64,000 nucleotides of DNA from an uncultured Bacteroidales bacterium (GCA_944325505.1 CALVAJ010000009.1:2862-66861); one strand, 5' to 3'; shown: positions 41,483-52,472, numbered from the stretch's first letter. The notes: generated by a model from the sequence alone, not told the origin. Made by a program: numbers and translations.

Positions 41483-42583
41483 ATGAAAAAGTTTTTCAGA
41501 GTCTTCTGGATTTCATTGCTCGTCCTGATATTCATCGGGACAATGGTTTTCCTATGGATAAAAAGCAGGCCGCAGGTACAGACCTACCAGCTGCTTTCGC
41601 CTCAGACCCGGAACATCGAGAATTCCATAATCGCCACGGGGAAAGTAGAACCGAGCAATGAAGTTCAGATCAAGCCGCAGATTTCCGGTATCATAGACGC
41701 AATTCATTATGATCCGGGAGATGACATCAAGGTGGGAGACGTGATAGCCACTATCAAGGTCGTGCCGGAAATGAGCTCCCTGAACAGCGCGGAAGGCCGG
41801 CTCAGGGTAGCCGAAATCAACTATGACAAGGCTTTGAGAGAACATCAGAGAAATGAGGAACTGTTCGGGAAAGGGATATTGTCCCAAGAGGAATTCGAGA
41901 CTTCCAGGACAACTCTGGACAATGCCAAGGAGGAAGTGGACAACTCAAAAGATGCCCTGAAGATCATAACTGACGGAGTTTCAGAAAAATACGACCATCT
42001 GAGCAACACTCTGGTACGTTCCACCATCACAGGCAAGATCCTGGATATCCCGGTAGAAGTCGGGAATTCCGTCATCCAGGCCAATACATTCAATGACGGA
42101 ACCACCATCGCCACTGTCGCTGACCTCGGCAACATGCTGTTCCGCGGCAATATAGACGAGTCCGATGTCGGCAAGATATCCGACGGCATGCCTGTCAAGG
42201 TGAAGATCGGAGCGCTGCAGGGGATAGATTTCAATGCGACACTCACCTATATCTCACCAAAATCCGAGGAGGTGAACAATGTGGTGATGTTCGAGATCGA
42301 GGCCGGGCTGGAAATACCTGATTCCGTGTTTGTCCGGGCAGGCTACAGCGCCAATGCCGAGATCATCACAAGCCGCAAGGAAAACGTGATGTCCATCGAA
42401 GAAAGCTGCATAAAGTTCGCAGGTGACACCTCATATGTGGAGATTCTGAAAGGCATGGACAAGAAAGAACAGATTTTCGAAAGGAAAGACGTGAAGACGG
42501 GAATGTCCGATGGAGTATATATCGAGATACTCGAGGGCCTGACCACGGAAGACAAGGTAAAAGGCAATCTCCAGATGAAATAG
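41483..42583 (+). CDS. Efflux periplasmic adaptor (HlyD/MacA family)
   Basis: 366 aa with an N-terminal TM, a lipoyl-like motif, a coiled-coil hairpin and beta-barrel regions. Confidence 0.9.
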   Translation: MKKFFRVFWISLLVLIFIGTMVFLWIKSRPQVQTYQLLSPQTRNIENSIIATGKVEPSNEVQIKPQISGIIDAIHYDPGDDIKVGDVIATIKVVPEMSSLNSAEGRLRVAEINYDKALREHQRNEELFGKGILSQEEFETSRTTLDNAKEEVDNSKDALKIITDGVSEKYDHLSNTLVRSTITGKILDIPVEVGNSVIQANTFNDGTTIATVADLGNMLFRGNIDESDVGKISDGMPVKVKIGALQGIDFNATLTYISPKSEEVNNVVMFEIEAGLEIPDSVFVRAGYSANAEIITSRKENVMSIEESCIKFAGDTSYVEILKGMDKKEQIFERKDVKTGMSDGVYIEILEGLTTEDKVKGNLQMK

Positions 42584-42631
42584 CGGAACTGCAGGAAAGG
42601 ACCTTCTGGAAACAAAACATGAATATAGGAC

Positions 42632-43975
42632 ATGAATCTTAAAATCATATTCTGTACAGCGGCAACATGCTGCATCATACAGGTTTACGGACAGTCTCCA
42701 CTTCAGACCGCAGGAGAAGCGGCTACGGATGAATGGACCTTGGAAGAATGCATAGACTACGCGCTCGCGCACAATACGGATGTGGCTACCGGCAAGATAG
42801 AAGTGGAAAGCGGCAAGATAGCGCTGAACTCTGCCAGGATGTCCAGGCTTCCGGACCTGTCGGCTTCTCTTGGAGGCAATGTCTACTTCGGCCGAAGTCC
42901 GTCAAGAGACGCATCCTACATAGACAACTCACAGATCTCCGGATCTCTGGGGATATCGGCCAATATACCTGTGTATCAAGGGTTGAAAATCAAGCATGAA
43001 ATAGACAAGGCCAAGATAGACTTCGAAGCGGCGACACAGAATCTTGCACTGGCACGCAAAAACGTATCCCTGAACATAGCTTCCCTATTCCTCCAGGTAA
43101 TGTATGACAAGGAACTGGTGGCGATAGCCAGAAGCCAGCTGGAGCTCAGTTCAAGCCAGCTGGAGCTGTCCAAGGGGCAGTTCGAGAGCGGACGGGTCGC
43201 CCATAGCGAAGTGGTCAGGAACGAATCACTGGTCGCGGCAGACCGTGCTTCCCTGATACAGAACGAGAATACATACACGCTTGCACTCCTGGATCTGCGT
43301 CAGGCGATGAACTTGCCTGACAGCATCTCGCTCTCACCTGTCATGGACACCGGTGAACTGCCGCGCCTCGAGGATATACCGGCCCTGTCCCAGATCTACG
43401 AGCAGTCCGTCAGGCTGCATCCATCCATAAAATATGCGGAAGCATCACTGCAGAGCAGCCGGTTCGCGCTGAAATCAGCAAAGAGTTCATACCAGCCTTC
43501 GGTCTTTTTCTCGGCAGGCTACGGAAACAGCGTATACAGCAACCTCACCGACAGGAGCATGAACACAAGTTTCTGGAACCAGCTGCAGGGCAACGGAAAC
43601 GAATACATCGGGCTGTCGATATCCATACCTATCTTTTCAAGGAATTCCGTCAGGAACAATGTAAAGCTGTCAAAACTGTCCGTCTCCAGGCAGGAACTTC
43701 TACTCAGCGAGGCCCAGAAATCCCTCAAGAAAGAGATCGAGCAGGCATATTACGGTGCCATTGCAGCCTACAGCACACTTGATTCATCGCAGAAAGCCCT
43801 TGAAGCCGCACTGCTTAATTTCGAGAACGAGAAGGCAAGCCTGGACTCCGGCCGCTCCGACATGTACGATTACGCCAATGCAAAGGCCGAAGTCGAAAAG
43901 GCACAGGCGACCCTTGCTCACAGCAAATACGACTTCATCCTGCGTGTCAGGATCCTGAAATTCTATATGATCTGA
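42632..43975 (+). CDS. TolC family outer-membrane efflux protein
   Basis: 447 aa with a signal peptide and two TolC-type repeats. Confidence 0.9.
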   Translation: MNLKIIFCTAATCCIIQVYGQSPLQTAGEAATDEWTLEECIDYALAHNTDVATGKIEVESGKIALNSARMSRLPDLSASLGGNVYFGRSPSRDASYIDNSQISGSLGISANIPVYQGLKIKHEIDKAKIDFEAATQNLALARKNVSLNIASLFLQVMYDKELVAIARSQLELSSSQLELSKGQFESGRVAHSEVVRNESLVAADRASLIQNENTYTLALLDLRQAMNLPDSISLSPVMDTGELPRLEDIPALSQIYEQSVRLHPSIKYAEASLQSSRFALKSAKSSYQPSVFFSAGYGNSVYSNLTDRSMNTSFWNQLQGNGNEYIGLSISIPIFSRNSVRNNVKLSKLSVSRQELLLSEAQKSLKKEIEQAYYGAIAAYSTLDSSQKALEAALLNFENEKASLDSGRSDMYDYANAKAEVEKAQATLAHSKYDFILRVRILKFYMI

Positions 43976-43998
43976 AAAAATAACTTAATACAAAAACA

Positions 43999-44937
43999 AT
44001 GTTTATGAAATTTTCGGATAAAATAATCCTGACAGTCATAGCCGCAGCGGCATTCACTGTCTCTACAGTAACTGAAACCTTTGCACAGAACCTTACTGTA
44101 GCCTCGTACAACATCAGGTACAAGAACTCCGGAGATGAAAAGGCCGGCAACGGATGGGACAGGCGGTGTCCTTGGATATGCTCTCTCATCGAATTCGAGG
44201 GTATAGACATCTTCGGGGCACAGGAAGTTCTGGAGCCTCAGCTGAACGACATGCTTGATGCAATGCCGGAATACGGCTACATCGGAGCCGGGCGTGACGA
44301 TGGAAAGACAAAGGGGGAATATGCCCCGATATTCTATGCCTTGGACAGGTTCAAGGTCCTGGACAGCGGTTGGTTCTGGCTGTCTGAAACCCCGGAAACA
44401 CCGTCGAAGGGATGGGATGCAGCCTTGCCGAGAATATGCACATGGGGACATTTCAAGGACATGGAGACAGGCAAAAAGATATGGTTTTTCAACCTGCATA
44501 TGGACCATGTCGGCATCAAGGCCCGCGCGGAAGGGGCAAAACTGGTAGTAAGCCGGATAAAGGAATGGTGCGGCAAAGGGGAGAAAGTATTCCTGACCGG
44601 AGACTTCAATGTGGACCAAAACAATGAAATCTACTCCACATTCACAGAATCCGGCATCCTGAAAGATTCGTTCGCCATCGCAGAAAAGAAATACGCCCCG
44701 AACGGCACTGCAAACGGATTCAACCCGGACGCGAAGACAGACAGCAGGATAGACCATATATTCGTGACCCCTGGAATAGAAGTCATGAACTATGGAGTAC
44801 TTACAGAGACATACAGAAGCGAAAATGACGGAGATTCCTACAAGTCAGGCAACTTCCCCAAGGAAATCAGCCTGCAAAGGCATCAGGCAAGGATACCTTC
44901 CGACCACTTCCCTGTCATAATAAAGGTCCAGCTGTAG
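43999..44937 (+). CDS. Secreted endonuclease/exonuclease/phosphatase (EEP) family protein
   Basis: 312 aa with a signal peptide and EEP motifs (SYNIRY, GAQEV, GDFN, SDHFPV). Confidence 0.85.
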   Translation: MFMKFSDKIILTVIAAAAFTVSTVTETFAQNLTVASYNIRYKNSGDEKAGNGWDRRCPWICSLIEFEGIDIFGAQEVLEPQLNDMLDAMPEYGYIGAGRDDGKTKGEYAPIFYALDRFKVLDSGWFWLSETPETPSKGWDAALPRICTWGHFKDMETGKKIWFFNLHMDHVGIKARAEGAKLVVSRIKEWCGKGEKVFLTGDFNVDQNNEIYSTFTESGILKDSFAIAEKKYAPNGTANGFNPDAKTDSRIDHIFVTPGIEVMNYGVLTETYRSENDGDSYKSGNFPKEISLQRHQARIPSDHFPVIIKVQL

Positions 44938-44944
44938 TAGCATC

Positions 44945-44969
44945 TCCGGCAGATTACAAATCTGCCGGA
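44945..44969. repeat. Perfect 11-bp-stem hairpin between convergent EEP and miaA genes
   Basis: TCCGGCAGATT-aca-AATCTGCCGGA. No U-run follows on either strand. A near-copy lies at 38750-38775. Confidence 0.7.
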
Positions 44970-44981
44970 ACAGATAGCAGA

Positions 44982-45956
44982 TTATGTGATATGTATCCAA
45001 TGGATACATATCCCTTTTCGTTCCATCCCGCGGAACCAGGTCATCTGCCGCTTGGCGAACTGATGGATGGCTATGGCAAGCTTTTCTTTCATTTCCCCGT
45101 AACCGAGCTGGCCTGTAAGATATAAGGTAACAAATTTGTATTCAAGACCATAATAGATAAGATCCTCTGCAGGAATCCCGCTATCAAGGAGACCCCGGAC
45201 CTCATCTGCCATACCTTCCTGAAGTCTTGACTCCAAACGCCGGTCAATCCTGGCATTGCGCTCTTCTCGGCTGACGAGCGTACCGATATAAAAAGTATTC
45301 TTAGGCAGGAAATGTGTCCTGTCGACAATGTGATCCGATTCATAAATGGCAATCTCGAGCGCACGGATGAGGCGCTTGCGTGTATCGTAGTCGGTGGAGT
45401 TGTGCAGAGGCTTGAGGGCAGCAAGCCGTTCAATCAGTACAGGCGTGTCCTCCTTTTCAAGTTCTGCACGCAGGACAGGATCTGCAGGGACATCTGGCAG
45501 GGAGTAACCGCAGGTCGCAGCCTCTATATAAAGGCCTGATCCTCCGCAGAGTATCGGCACGCATCCCCTGGATACAATATCCCGGTATGCCTTTTCGAAA
45601 TCCCTCTGATATTCGTAGATATTGTATTTGGTTCCGGCATCGGCTATATCTATCAGATGATACGGGACTCCGTCATATTCCGACAGGTCCTTGCCTGTTC
45701 CGATATCCATCCCGCGATACACCTGACGGGAATCGGCGGACAGGATCTCGGCCCTGCGCCTGCCGGCTTCCGCACCTGATCCTCCGGTCTCATGCTCTGC
45801 CAGCAGGCGGTCTATCTCCTTTGCGAGTCTTACGGCATATTTCGTCTTGCCTGATGCAGTAGGACCCAGTACACATATAAGGTCAATGCTGCTGTCCAGA
45901 AAGGACTGTAGCACATTGGCGACATCTATTTCCTCCGGTTCAGGCAGCTCCGCCAT
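44982..45956 (-). CDS. miaA: tRNA dimethylallyltransferase
   Basis: P-loop GPTASGKT and MiaA-like sequence. The start is ambiguous (45956, 45989 or 46088); the longer options overlap the 3' end of ahcY. Confidence 0.9.
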   Translation of the reverse strand: MAELPEPEEIDVANVLQSFLDSSIDLICVLGPTASGKTKYAVRLAKEIDRLLAEHETGGSGAEAGRRRAEILSADSRQVYRGMDIGTGKDLSEYDGVPYHLIDIADAGTKYNIYEYQRDFEKAYRDIVSRGCVPILCGGSGLYIEAATCGYSLPDVPADPVLRAELEKEDTPVLIERLAALKPLHNSTDYDTRKRLIRALEIAIYESDHIVDRTHFLPKNTFYIGTLVSREERNARIDRRLESRLQEGMADEVRGLLDSGIPAEDLIYYGLEYKFVTLYLTGQLGYGEMKEKLAIAIHQFAKRQMTWFRGMERKGICIHWIHIT

Positions 45957-45978
45957 GGGAGAGACCCCGGTCTTCAGC

Positions 45979-47232
45979 CTATTCTCCATACAGGTATTTC
46001 CTCTGCTGCGGAGTGAGAGTGTCGATTTCGCAGTTCCAGAATGCCAGTATACGGCGTGCAACCTCCTGGTCGATGCTGTGAGGCACATTGTGAAGCATAT
46101 GCCAGACTTTACGCTCTATCCTGTGTCCGTTCCGGACAAGGTATCTCGCACTCAGGGCCTGGATGGCGAACGACATGTCCATTATCTCGGCCGGATGGCC
46201 GTCTCCTGCAGCCAGATTCACCAGGCGTCCCTCGGCGAGAATGTAAATCCGGTGCCCGTTCCCGAGAAGATATCCTGTGATGTTCTTTCTGGCAGGCTTC
46301 ACCTCAACCGCCATTTCAGACAGTCCAATAACATCTACCTCGACATCGAAATGTCCTGCGTTGCAGCAGATGGCACCGTCTTTCATGAGGAGGAAATGCT
46401 CGCGGGTTATCACCTGCTCGCATCCCGTCACTGTGACGAATATATCTCCCAGCGGGGCCGCCTGTTCCATTTTCATGACCGTAAACCCGTCCATAAAGGC
46501 CTCCATAGCCTTTATAGGGTCCACTTCCGTCACTATGACCTTGGCCCCCAATCCTTTGGCCCTCATAGCCACACCTTTGCCGCACCAGCCGTAACCTGCG
46601 ACTACTACATTCTTCCCGGCAACGATAAGGTTTGTGGTCCTGTTGATGCCGTCCCAGACAGACTGTCCGGTACCATAGCGGTTGTCAAACAGATGCTTGC
46701 AGTCCGCATTGTTCACCAGCATCATAGGGAACTGCAGTTCCCCGGCCCTGTCCATGGCCTGAAGGCGGAGTATGCCGGTGGTAGTCTCTTCACATCCGCC
46801 GATCACATCCGGTATCAGATGCGTGAACTCCGTGTGCATGAGGTGCACGAGATCTCCTCCGTCATCTATGATTATGTTCGGGCCCGCCTCAAGTACTTTT
46901 CTGATATGGGCTTCATACTCATCCCGGGTCGCACCGTACCAGGCGAATACGTTCAGCCCTTCATGCGCAAGAGCGGCGGCGACGTCGTCCTGGGTGGAAA
47001 GAGGGTTGCTTCCCGTGACATACATTTCGGCCCCTCCCGCGGCAAGAGTCTCGCACAGATATGCAGTCTTGGCTTCCAGATGCACGGAAAGCGCGATTTT
47101 CAGTCCTTTGAAGGGCTTTTCACAGGAGAATTCCTTTTCCAGTCCGTTAAGCAGCGGCATATGGTGCCGCACCCATTCGATTTTAAGACGGCCGTCCGGC
47201 CAGAGATTGATGTCACGGATTTCGCTTGGCAT
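45979..47232 (-). CDS. ahcY: Adenosylhomocysteinase (short form, about 417 aa)
   Basis: SAHH sequence from [10 protein letters not shown] with the NAD-binding GYGWCGKG motif. The ORF extension to 47298 is rejected. Confidence 0.95.
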   Translation of the reverse strand: MPSEIRDINLWPDGRLKIEWVRHHMPLLNGLEKEFSCEKPFKGLKIALSVHLEAKTAYLCETLAAGGAEMYVTGSNPLSTQDDVAAALAHEGLNVFAWYGATRDEYEAHIRKVLEAGPNIIIDDGGDLVHLMHTEFTHLIPDVIGGCEETTTGILRLQAMDRAGELQFPMMLVNNADCKHLFDNRYGTGQSVWDGINRTTNLIVAGKNVVVAGYGWCGKGVAMRAKGLGAKVIVTEVDPIKAMEAFMDGFTVMKMEQAAPLGDIFVTVTGCEQVITREHFLLMKDGAICCNAGHFDVEVDVIGLSEMAVEVKPARKNITGYLLGNGHRIYILAEGRLVNLAAGDGHPAEIMDMSFAIQALSARYLVRNGHRIERKVWHMLHNVPHSIDQEVARRILAFWNCEIDTLTPQQRKYLYGE

Positions 47233-47346
47233 GATTTCTAAAATATTACGTGGGTTTGTACAGATTGTCCTCTTCCTCGGGACATTTGCCGGAAGCAAAT
47301 GTAATGAGAATCGGCGCCCTTTGCAATTTTATGTAGAAAATATAAG

Positions 47347-47354
47347 TATCTTTG
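47347..47354 (+). promoter_or_regulatory. TAnnTTTG -7 motif (TATCTTTG) for smpB
   Basis: Exact consensus match 36 nt upstream of the smpB ATG. Confidence 0.55.
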
Positions 47355-47389
47355 CAGTCCTTAATCCGAAAACAGAAGGGAGAACAGCC

Positions 47390-47839
47390 ATGCCGAAAGC
47401 AAAAAGCAAAGTAGAGATAAAGAACCGAAGGGCCTCATTCGACTATGAGTTCCTGGAGACTTATACTGCAGGCATCGTGCTGAGCGGCTCCGAGATCAAG
47501 TCCATCAGGGCAGGCAAAGCATCGCTGGCGGATGCATTCTGCTATTTCAACAACGGGGAGCTGTATGTCAAGAACATGCATGTGGCAGAATACTTCTGGG
47601 GCAGTTGGGGCAAGCAGGATCCTCGCCGCGACCGCAAACTGCTCCTTACCCGCAAGGAATTATCCAGACTCCAGAGGTCAGTCAAGGAAAAGGGACTCAC
47701 TATCGTAGCCGTCAGGCTGTTCATTGCCGACAACGGATACGCCAAACTCTTCATTGCGCTTGCCCGCGGGAAAAAACAGTTCGACAAACGCCAGTCTATC
47801 AAGGAAAAGGATCTCAGGCGGGAAATGGAACGGATGTAA
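47390..47839 (+). CDS. smpB: SsrA-binding protein
   Basis: 149 aa, [21 protein letters not shown]..., typical SmpB. It is the 3' part of a longer spurious ORF that starts at 46772. Confidence 0.95.
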   Translation: MPKAKSKVEIKNRRASFDYEFLETYTAGIVLSGSEIKSIRAGKASLADAFCYFNNGELYVKNMHVAEYFWGSWGKQDPRRDRKLLLTRKELSRLQRSVKEKGLTIVAVRLFIADNGYAKLFIALARGKKQFDKRQSIKEKDLRREMERM

Positions 47840-47840
47840 A

Positions 47841-48626
47841 TCAGCGTTCCCAGCGATCTTCATCGAAGTCCGGAGCCTCATACGGACCGTCATGATCAAT
47901 CACGAATGACATATAGGTAATAGGAATCCCCTGCGCAAGATACTGGGACTCATAGAATGTCTGCACCTGAAAAAGCGCCTCGACGGCATCGCGTCCGCAG
48001 ACAGACTCCAGAGGCGTACCGTAAAGCTTTTCCTTATCCGCCCCGTATATGTCGGTCGCCGATGCAAGGATCTTCAGCCCGTTCTGCGTGGCTGCGGCCA
48101 TCGTATATTCGTGCAGGAGCCGGCTGTCGGTCTTCAGATGGACGATGCCTCCTTTTTTAAGAATACCCCTGTATCTTTCCAGAAACAGTGGCGAGGTCAG
48201 CCTTTTTTTCGGTTTCTTAAGCTGCGGATCGGCAAAGGTTATCCATATTTCCGAAACCTCTTCCGGAGCGAAAAGAGAGCTGATGAACTCTATCCTTGTG
48301 CGCAGGAAAGCGACATTGGCAAGGCTGTGCTCCGTGGCATATTTGGCTCCCTTCCAGAGTCTGGCTCCCTTGATATCCACGCCTATATAATTGAAAGCAG
48401 GGTTCCGCAGAGCCAGATCTATGGTGTACTCCCCTTTCCCGCATCCGAGTTCTACGACTATCGGATGGCCGTTGCCGAACATACCGTCATTCCAATGCCC
48501 TTTGAGCGGATGGTCCGCACCGAGGACTTCCGGTGTGGCAGGCTGTACCAGACACGAGAACGTTTCATTCTCCTTGAATTTCCTGAGCTTGTCTTTTCCC
48601 ATAAATGTTTTTTCAAAGTTTTTCAT
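47841..48626 (-). CDS. trmB: tRNA (guanine-N7)-methyltransferase
   Basis: 261 aa with a SAM-binding motif (VVELGCGKGEY) and TrmB-like sequence. Confidence 0.88.
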   Translation of the reverse strand: MKNFEKTFMGKDKLRKFKENETFSCLVQPATPEVLGADHPLKGHWNDGMFGNGHPIVVELGCGKGEYTIDLALRNPAFNYIGVDIKGARLWKGAKYATEHSLANVAFLRTRIEFISSLFAPEEVSEIWITFADPQLKKPKKRLTSPLFLERYRGILKKGGIVHLKTDSRLLHEYTMAAATQNGLKILASATDIYGADKEKLYGTPLESVCGRDAVEALFQVQTFYESQYLAQGIPITYMSFVIDHDGPYEAPDFDEDRWER

Positions 48627-49086
48627 GCTTAAGGCCGAGGCCCCGGAGGCCCTTGAACCTTTCTTCTCCCGGAATCATGACTCTCACGGACCACTGCCCG
48701 TACTCGGACGGAGAGAATCCGCTCCTGTAGAGCGGCTCATACCGCCTTGAATAAAAGGACGCTTTCGAAAAACCGTCTTTCCTGATACCGACATTCTCCA
48801 TATAGACCTTGCCTGATGGAGAGACGGCCTTCACCTGTAAAGGAATGATATCCGGCATCTTTTCAAAAACGGAAGGAGACGCATCAATCATTGTATAAAA
48901 ATACAGAGCATGCAGACACAGGCTGTCACTCATATCGACGGAAAACACATAGCCGTCCGATGTCTTTCCGGACTGCCGTACAAATTCCCCCTTTTCCGCC
49001 GGTGCCCCGCAGGACAGGACAGACAAAAGCAGGCAGGCCGCCAAAGACGGAAGCAGGACAGAATGAAGAACCCTTGTGTCCATCAT
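48613..49086 (-). CDS. Small lipoprotein, GldH-like by size and context
   Basis: It has a lipobox (LSVLSC) and is about 157 aa. It lies downstream of PSP1 and holB, an arrangement I recall for gldH in Bacteroidota. The family call is tentative. Confidence 0.5.
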   Translation of the reverse strand: MMDTRVLHSVLLPSLAACLLLSVLSCGAPAEKGEFVRQSGKTSDGYVFSVDMSDSLCLHALYFYTMIDASPSVFEKMPDIIPLQVKAVSPSGKVYMENVGIRKDGFSKASFYSRRYEPLYRSGFSPSEYGQWSVRVMIPGEERFKGLRGLGLKHEKL

Positions 49087-49093
49087 CCGGCCG

Positions 49094-50266
49094 TCAAGAG
49101 TCAGACTTCGGATTGCGCGGCGGTCTGCCGCCTCCTTTCCCCGGCTTTCCCGACCTTCTCTTTTTCTTCTTCCTGGTCTCGTCAAACCGTGTTATGCTGT
49201 CATCTCCCACGGCAGAGACAAATTCAGGGGTAGAGACATCAGGCTCGGTCTTCAGGGATTCAGGCTTTTCTCCGTTCCTGTTCATCCGTATGATATCTCT
49301 GACATCTGATGCCGGCAGCGCGAAAAGGTTGGCCAGGGAATTCGGATCATATGAAAAATACATCACCTCTTTAAGGATATCCGTCTTCATGAGGAATGCC
49401 TGTCCGTCCTGGAACTCAAGAGGTGCCGTTACCTTAGGAATCCGCGACTGGGCATCTATGTAGGCTGCCGTCTCATAATTCAGGCAACATTTCAGTTTTC
49501 CGCACTGGCCGGCCAGTTTCTGAGGGTTAAGAGACAGGTCCTGGCATCTTGCTGCCGTAGTGGAGATAGACTGGAAGGCCGATATATAGTTGGAACAGCA
49601 CAGCTCCCTTCCGCAAACGCCGAGTCCGCCGATAAGCCCGGCTTCCTGACGGGCGCCGATCTGCTTCATCTCTATCCTTATCCGGAACTCATCTGCAAAT
49701 ACCTTGATCAGCTGCCGGAAATCGACCCTGCCGTCAGCGATATAGTAGAAAATGGCCTTCGTACCGTCCCCCTGGAATTCCACATCACCTATTTTCATCT
49801 CCAGACCGAGTTCCTCGGCTATCTGGCGGGCCCGGATCATGGTATCATGCTCCCGGGCTATCGCTTCCTGCCATTTCTCCAGATCGAAGGCCTTGGCCTT
49901 GCGGTAGATACGTTTAAAATCGGCAGTAGCCGGATCGATTCTCTTGCATGCCATCTGACGTGCCACCATCGGTCCTTCCAGAGTAACGATGCCGAGATCA
50001 TGTCCGTTCGCCGTCTCGACTATCACCATGTCTCCGGTCTTTATAGTCTGACCTGACCTGTTAATGTAAATGCCTTTGCGCGTATTCTTGAAACGCACTT
50101 CAAAATAATCTTTATACTGCTCCTGCGCAACCCCCGGAAGCCAGTCATAGACCTCCAGTTTGCAGCAGCCCTGACGGTACGTGCAATGAAGGGCTCCTTC
50201 ATCGTCCCTTTCTACCGTACAGCCGCGCGAACAGTCGAATTTTCTGATCTCGTTATCCGTATCCAT
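49094..50266 (-). CDS. PSP1 domain protein (RicT/YaaT-like)
   Basis: 390 aa with a PSP1 C-terminal domain and a Cys-rich segment (GVCGRELCCSN..., GKLKCCLNYE). Confidence 0.88.
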   Translation of the reverse strand: MDTDNEIRKFDCSRGCTVERDDEGALHCTYRQGCCKLEVYDWLPGVAQEQYKDYFEVRFKNTRKGIYINRSGQTIKTGDMVIVETANGHDLGIVTLEGPMVARQMACKRIDPATADFKRIYRKAKAFDLEKWQEAIAREHDTMIRARQIAEELGLEMKIGDVEFQGDGTKAIFYYIADGRVDFRQLIKVFADEFRIRIEMKQIGARQEAGLIGGLGVCGRELCCSNYISAFQSISTTAARCQDLSLNPQKLAGQCGKLKCCLNYETAAYIDAQSRIPKVTAPLEFQDGQAFLMKTDILKEVMYFSYDPNSLANLFALPASDVRDIIRMNRNGEKPESLKTEPDVSTPEFVSAVGDDSITRFDETRKKKKRRSGKPGKGGGRPPRNPKSDS

Positions 50267-50270
50267 AGTC

Positions 50271-51401
50271 TCAAATACTTAAAAAAATCCTGTCAGCCAG
50301 GTCGCAGAATACTATTCTGGCATTTACATTCCTGTCTATAAGAGCCGAAGCCCTGTCCAGCTGACCCAATATCCTTTCGCAGAAAGAAGGACTGCACCAC
50401 TGTGCGGCGGAAACGAAGAAAGCCGTTTCCTGCTGTCTCATATTGGCAATGGCATCCATCCCCTGCTGAACCATATATATTTTCCGGAGACTGTCTCCGG
50501 AAAATGAACAGAACGCCTTCTGCTTCTCTCTTGAATCAAGAGCGGCAATATGCTCAGATACCTCCAGTACGGAAAAAAGGTTCTTCTCATGCGCTCCGCG
50601 CAAAAGGTCGGAAAACATGTCCATATACAAACTGTACTCTTCGGTTTCGCCTGCCTCGCGAAGCGCCGTCCCTATACTTCCTCCCGATATGTTCGCCAGA
50701 GCTGCCGCTTCCTCCCCGCCTAAAGAAAATCTTTCTGACAATACCCTGCCGACCTCAGCCTTTGAAGCAGGCAGCACCCTGAAACTCTGGCATCTGGAAG
50801 AAATGGTCTGCAATATCTTTTCCGGCGCATGGGTGATAAAGATGAAAACCGTTTTCCCGGGAGGCTCCTCGACTACCTTGAGAAGCCTGTTTGCAGCCTC
50901 CGCATTCATCCTCTCCGGAAGCCAGACCAGGACGCATTTATAACCGTCCTCGACCGATGTCAAAGAAAGCTTTTCCAGAATATACTTTGCTTCAGCCACT
51001 GTGATGTTTCCTGATTTATTTTCTATTCCGAGAGTTTCATACAACTGACTTTCAAGAAAATACGGATTTTTCAGAACAAGTTCCCTCCATAGCGGGAGAT
51101 AGGTCTCCGATGTAGGACGGGCCGAAGCCTGGACTTTGGAACCGGAATTGACAGGAAAGATAAAATGAAGATCCTGATAGATCAGTTTCGATATCCTGTT
51201 GCAGACAGGACATTCACCGCAGGAGTCTCCGTCATGACGGTGGGGACAATTCAGATACTGTACATAAGCAAGGGCAAGAGGCAGTGCCCCGCAACCTTCA
51301 TTCTCATAAAAGAGCATGGCATGGGCAACCCTGCCGGTGTCGGCCATTGACACCAGCGCCTTTTTTATATCTTCACTGCCTATGATATCAGCAAATCTCA
51401 T
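50271..51401 (-). CDS. holB: DNA polymerase III subunit delta'
   Basis: 376 aa with an AAA+ clamp-loader fold, a Cys cluster (CGECPVC) and SRC motif (SRCQSF). Confidence 0.88.
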   Translation of the reverse strand: MRFADIIGSEDIKKALVSMADTGRVAHAMLFYENEGCGALPLALAYVQYLNCPHRHDGDSCGECPVCNRISKLIYQDLHFIFPVNSGSKVQASARPTSETYLPLWRELVLKNPYFLESQLYETLGIENKSGNITVAEAKYILEKLSLTSVEDGYKCVLVWLPERMNAEAANRLLKVVEEPPGKTVFIFITHAPEKILQTISSRCQSFRVLPASKAEVGRVLSERFSLGGEEAAALANISGGSIGTALREAGETEEYSLYMDMFSDLLRGAHEKNLFSVLEVSEHIAALDSREKQKAFCSFSGDSLRKIYMVQQGMDAIANMRQQETAFFVSAAQWCSPSFCERILGQLDRASALIDRNVNARIVFCDLADRIFLSI

Positions 51402-51482
51402 TTTCTTTACCCAATTACTTCAAGCATACCCTTCAGCTACGGTCCGGCGGCCACATTCAGGATGAGAGCGGAAAGGCACAGG

Positions 51483-52472
51483 CTATCTGGAGCGGACTCC
51501 TACATATCTGGCGACATCCGCAAGCATTTCCCTGTAGGGGGAATCCGGAAGAGTCTCTACTGCGGCGACGGCTTCTTCTATATATTCCGAAAGTTTCCTT
51601 TCAGCATAGGCAACTCCTTCATGTTCCTTTACGAAATCCATGATAACATCCTTGTTATGCGGTTTTTCATGGATTTCGGTCACGAGTTTTCTCATATCAG
51701 CGGCGATCGGTTCCGGAACCTCCCTGAGCGCTCCGAGCAGGGGAAGCGTTATCTTCTGCTCAAGTACATCCACACCTACAGGCTTGCCTATAGCCTGGTC
51801 AAGGGAATAGTCGAAAATATCATCCCTTATCTGGAATGCCAGGCCCAGTGCGGTGGAAAATCCGGTCACGGCCCGCTCCATTCCGGGAGACGCCCCAACG
51901 GAAATCGCGGCAGAAAGACAGGCAGCCACAAAAAGAGATGCCGTCTTGTTGTATATTATGCGGATATAGTCATCCTCCGAAGTATCTCCCGTATCCGCCT
52001 TCTGCAGCTGGAGCATCTCTCCTTCGGCAAGGTCCGACAGTGTCTTGGAAAAGATATGCAGCACCCTGTCTCCGTGGTTGTCAGCCGAAAGGATCAGTCC
52101 CATGGCCTTCACCAGCCAGTAATCGCCCACAAGGACAGAGACAGAAGGGCCCATAAGTGAACGTATCGTAGGATATCCACGGCGCCGGTCACTGTTGTCA
52201 GCCACATCATCATGGAGAAGTGTGGCGTTATGGAGAAGTTCTGCGGCTGCGGCATAACGGCAGCTGTCTTCGGAAGCCTTGCCTCCGGAACAGGCCATTG
52301 CGACAAGCATCGACAGCAGCGGGCGCAGCTGTTTTCCCCCATGGGACAGTATCTTTTCATTAAGGCTCTGCAGCAGACCTATGTCAGAGCGGAGCGAATC
52401 CTTTATATAGGATTCGACTCTCAGCCACCGGTCCCCAAGGACTGCCTTTATGTCATCCGGTCTCATGCGCAT
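51483..52472 (-). CDS. Polyprenyl diphosphate synthase (octaprenyl-diphosphate-synthase-like)
   Basis: 329 aa with two Asp-rich motifs (LLHDDVADNSDRRRG and QIRDDIFD). Confidence 0.9.
   Translation of the reverse strand: MRMRPDDIKAVLGDRWLRVESYIKDSLRSDIGLLQSLNEKILSHGGKQLRPLLSMLVAMACSGGKASEDSCRYAAAAELLHNATLLHDDVADNSDRRRGYPTIRSLMGPSVSVLVGDYWLVKAMGLILSADNHGDRVLHIFSKTLSDLAEGEMLQLQKADTGDTSEDDYIRIIYNKTASLFVAACLSAAISVGASPGMERAVTGFSTALGLAFQIRDDIFDYSLDQAIGKPVGVDVLEQKITLPLLGALREVPEPIAADMRKLVTEIHEKPHNKDVIMDFVKEHEGVAYAERKLSEYIEEAVAAVETLPDSPYREMLADVARYVGVRSR

Noticed and set aside
46772-47389. 5' two-thirds of the 355-aa ORF that ends as smpB
   Set aside because: This part is antisense to ahcY. Recognisable SmpB sequence starts only at the ATG at 47390, which also has a TAnnTTTG motif 36 nt upstream.
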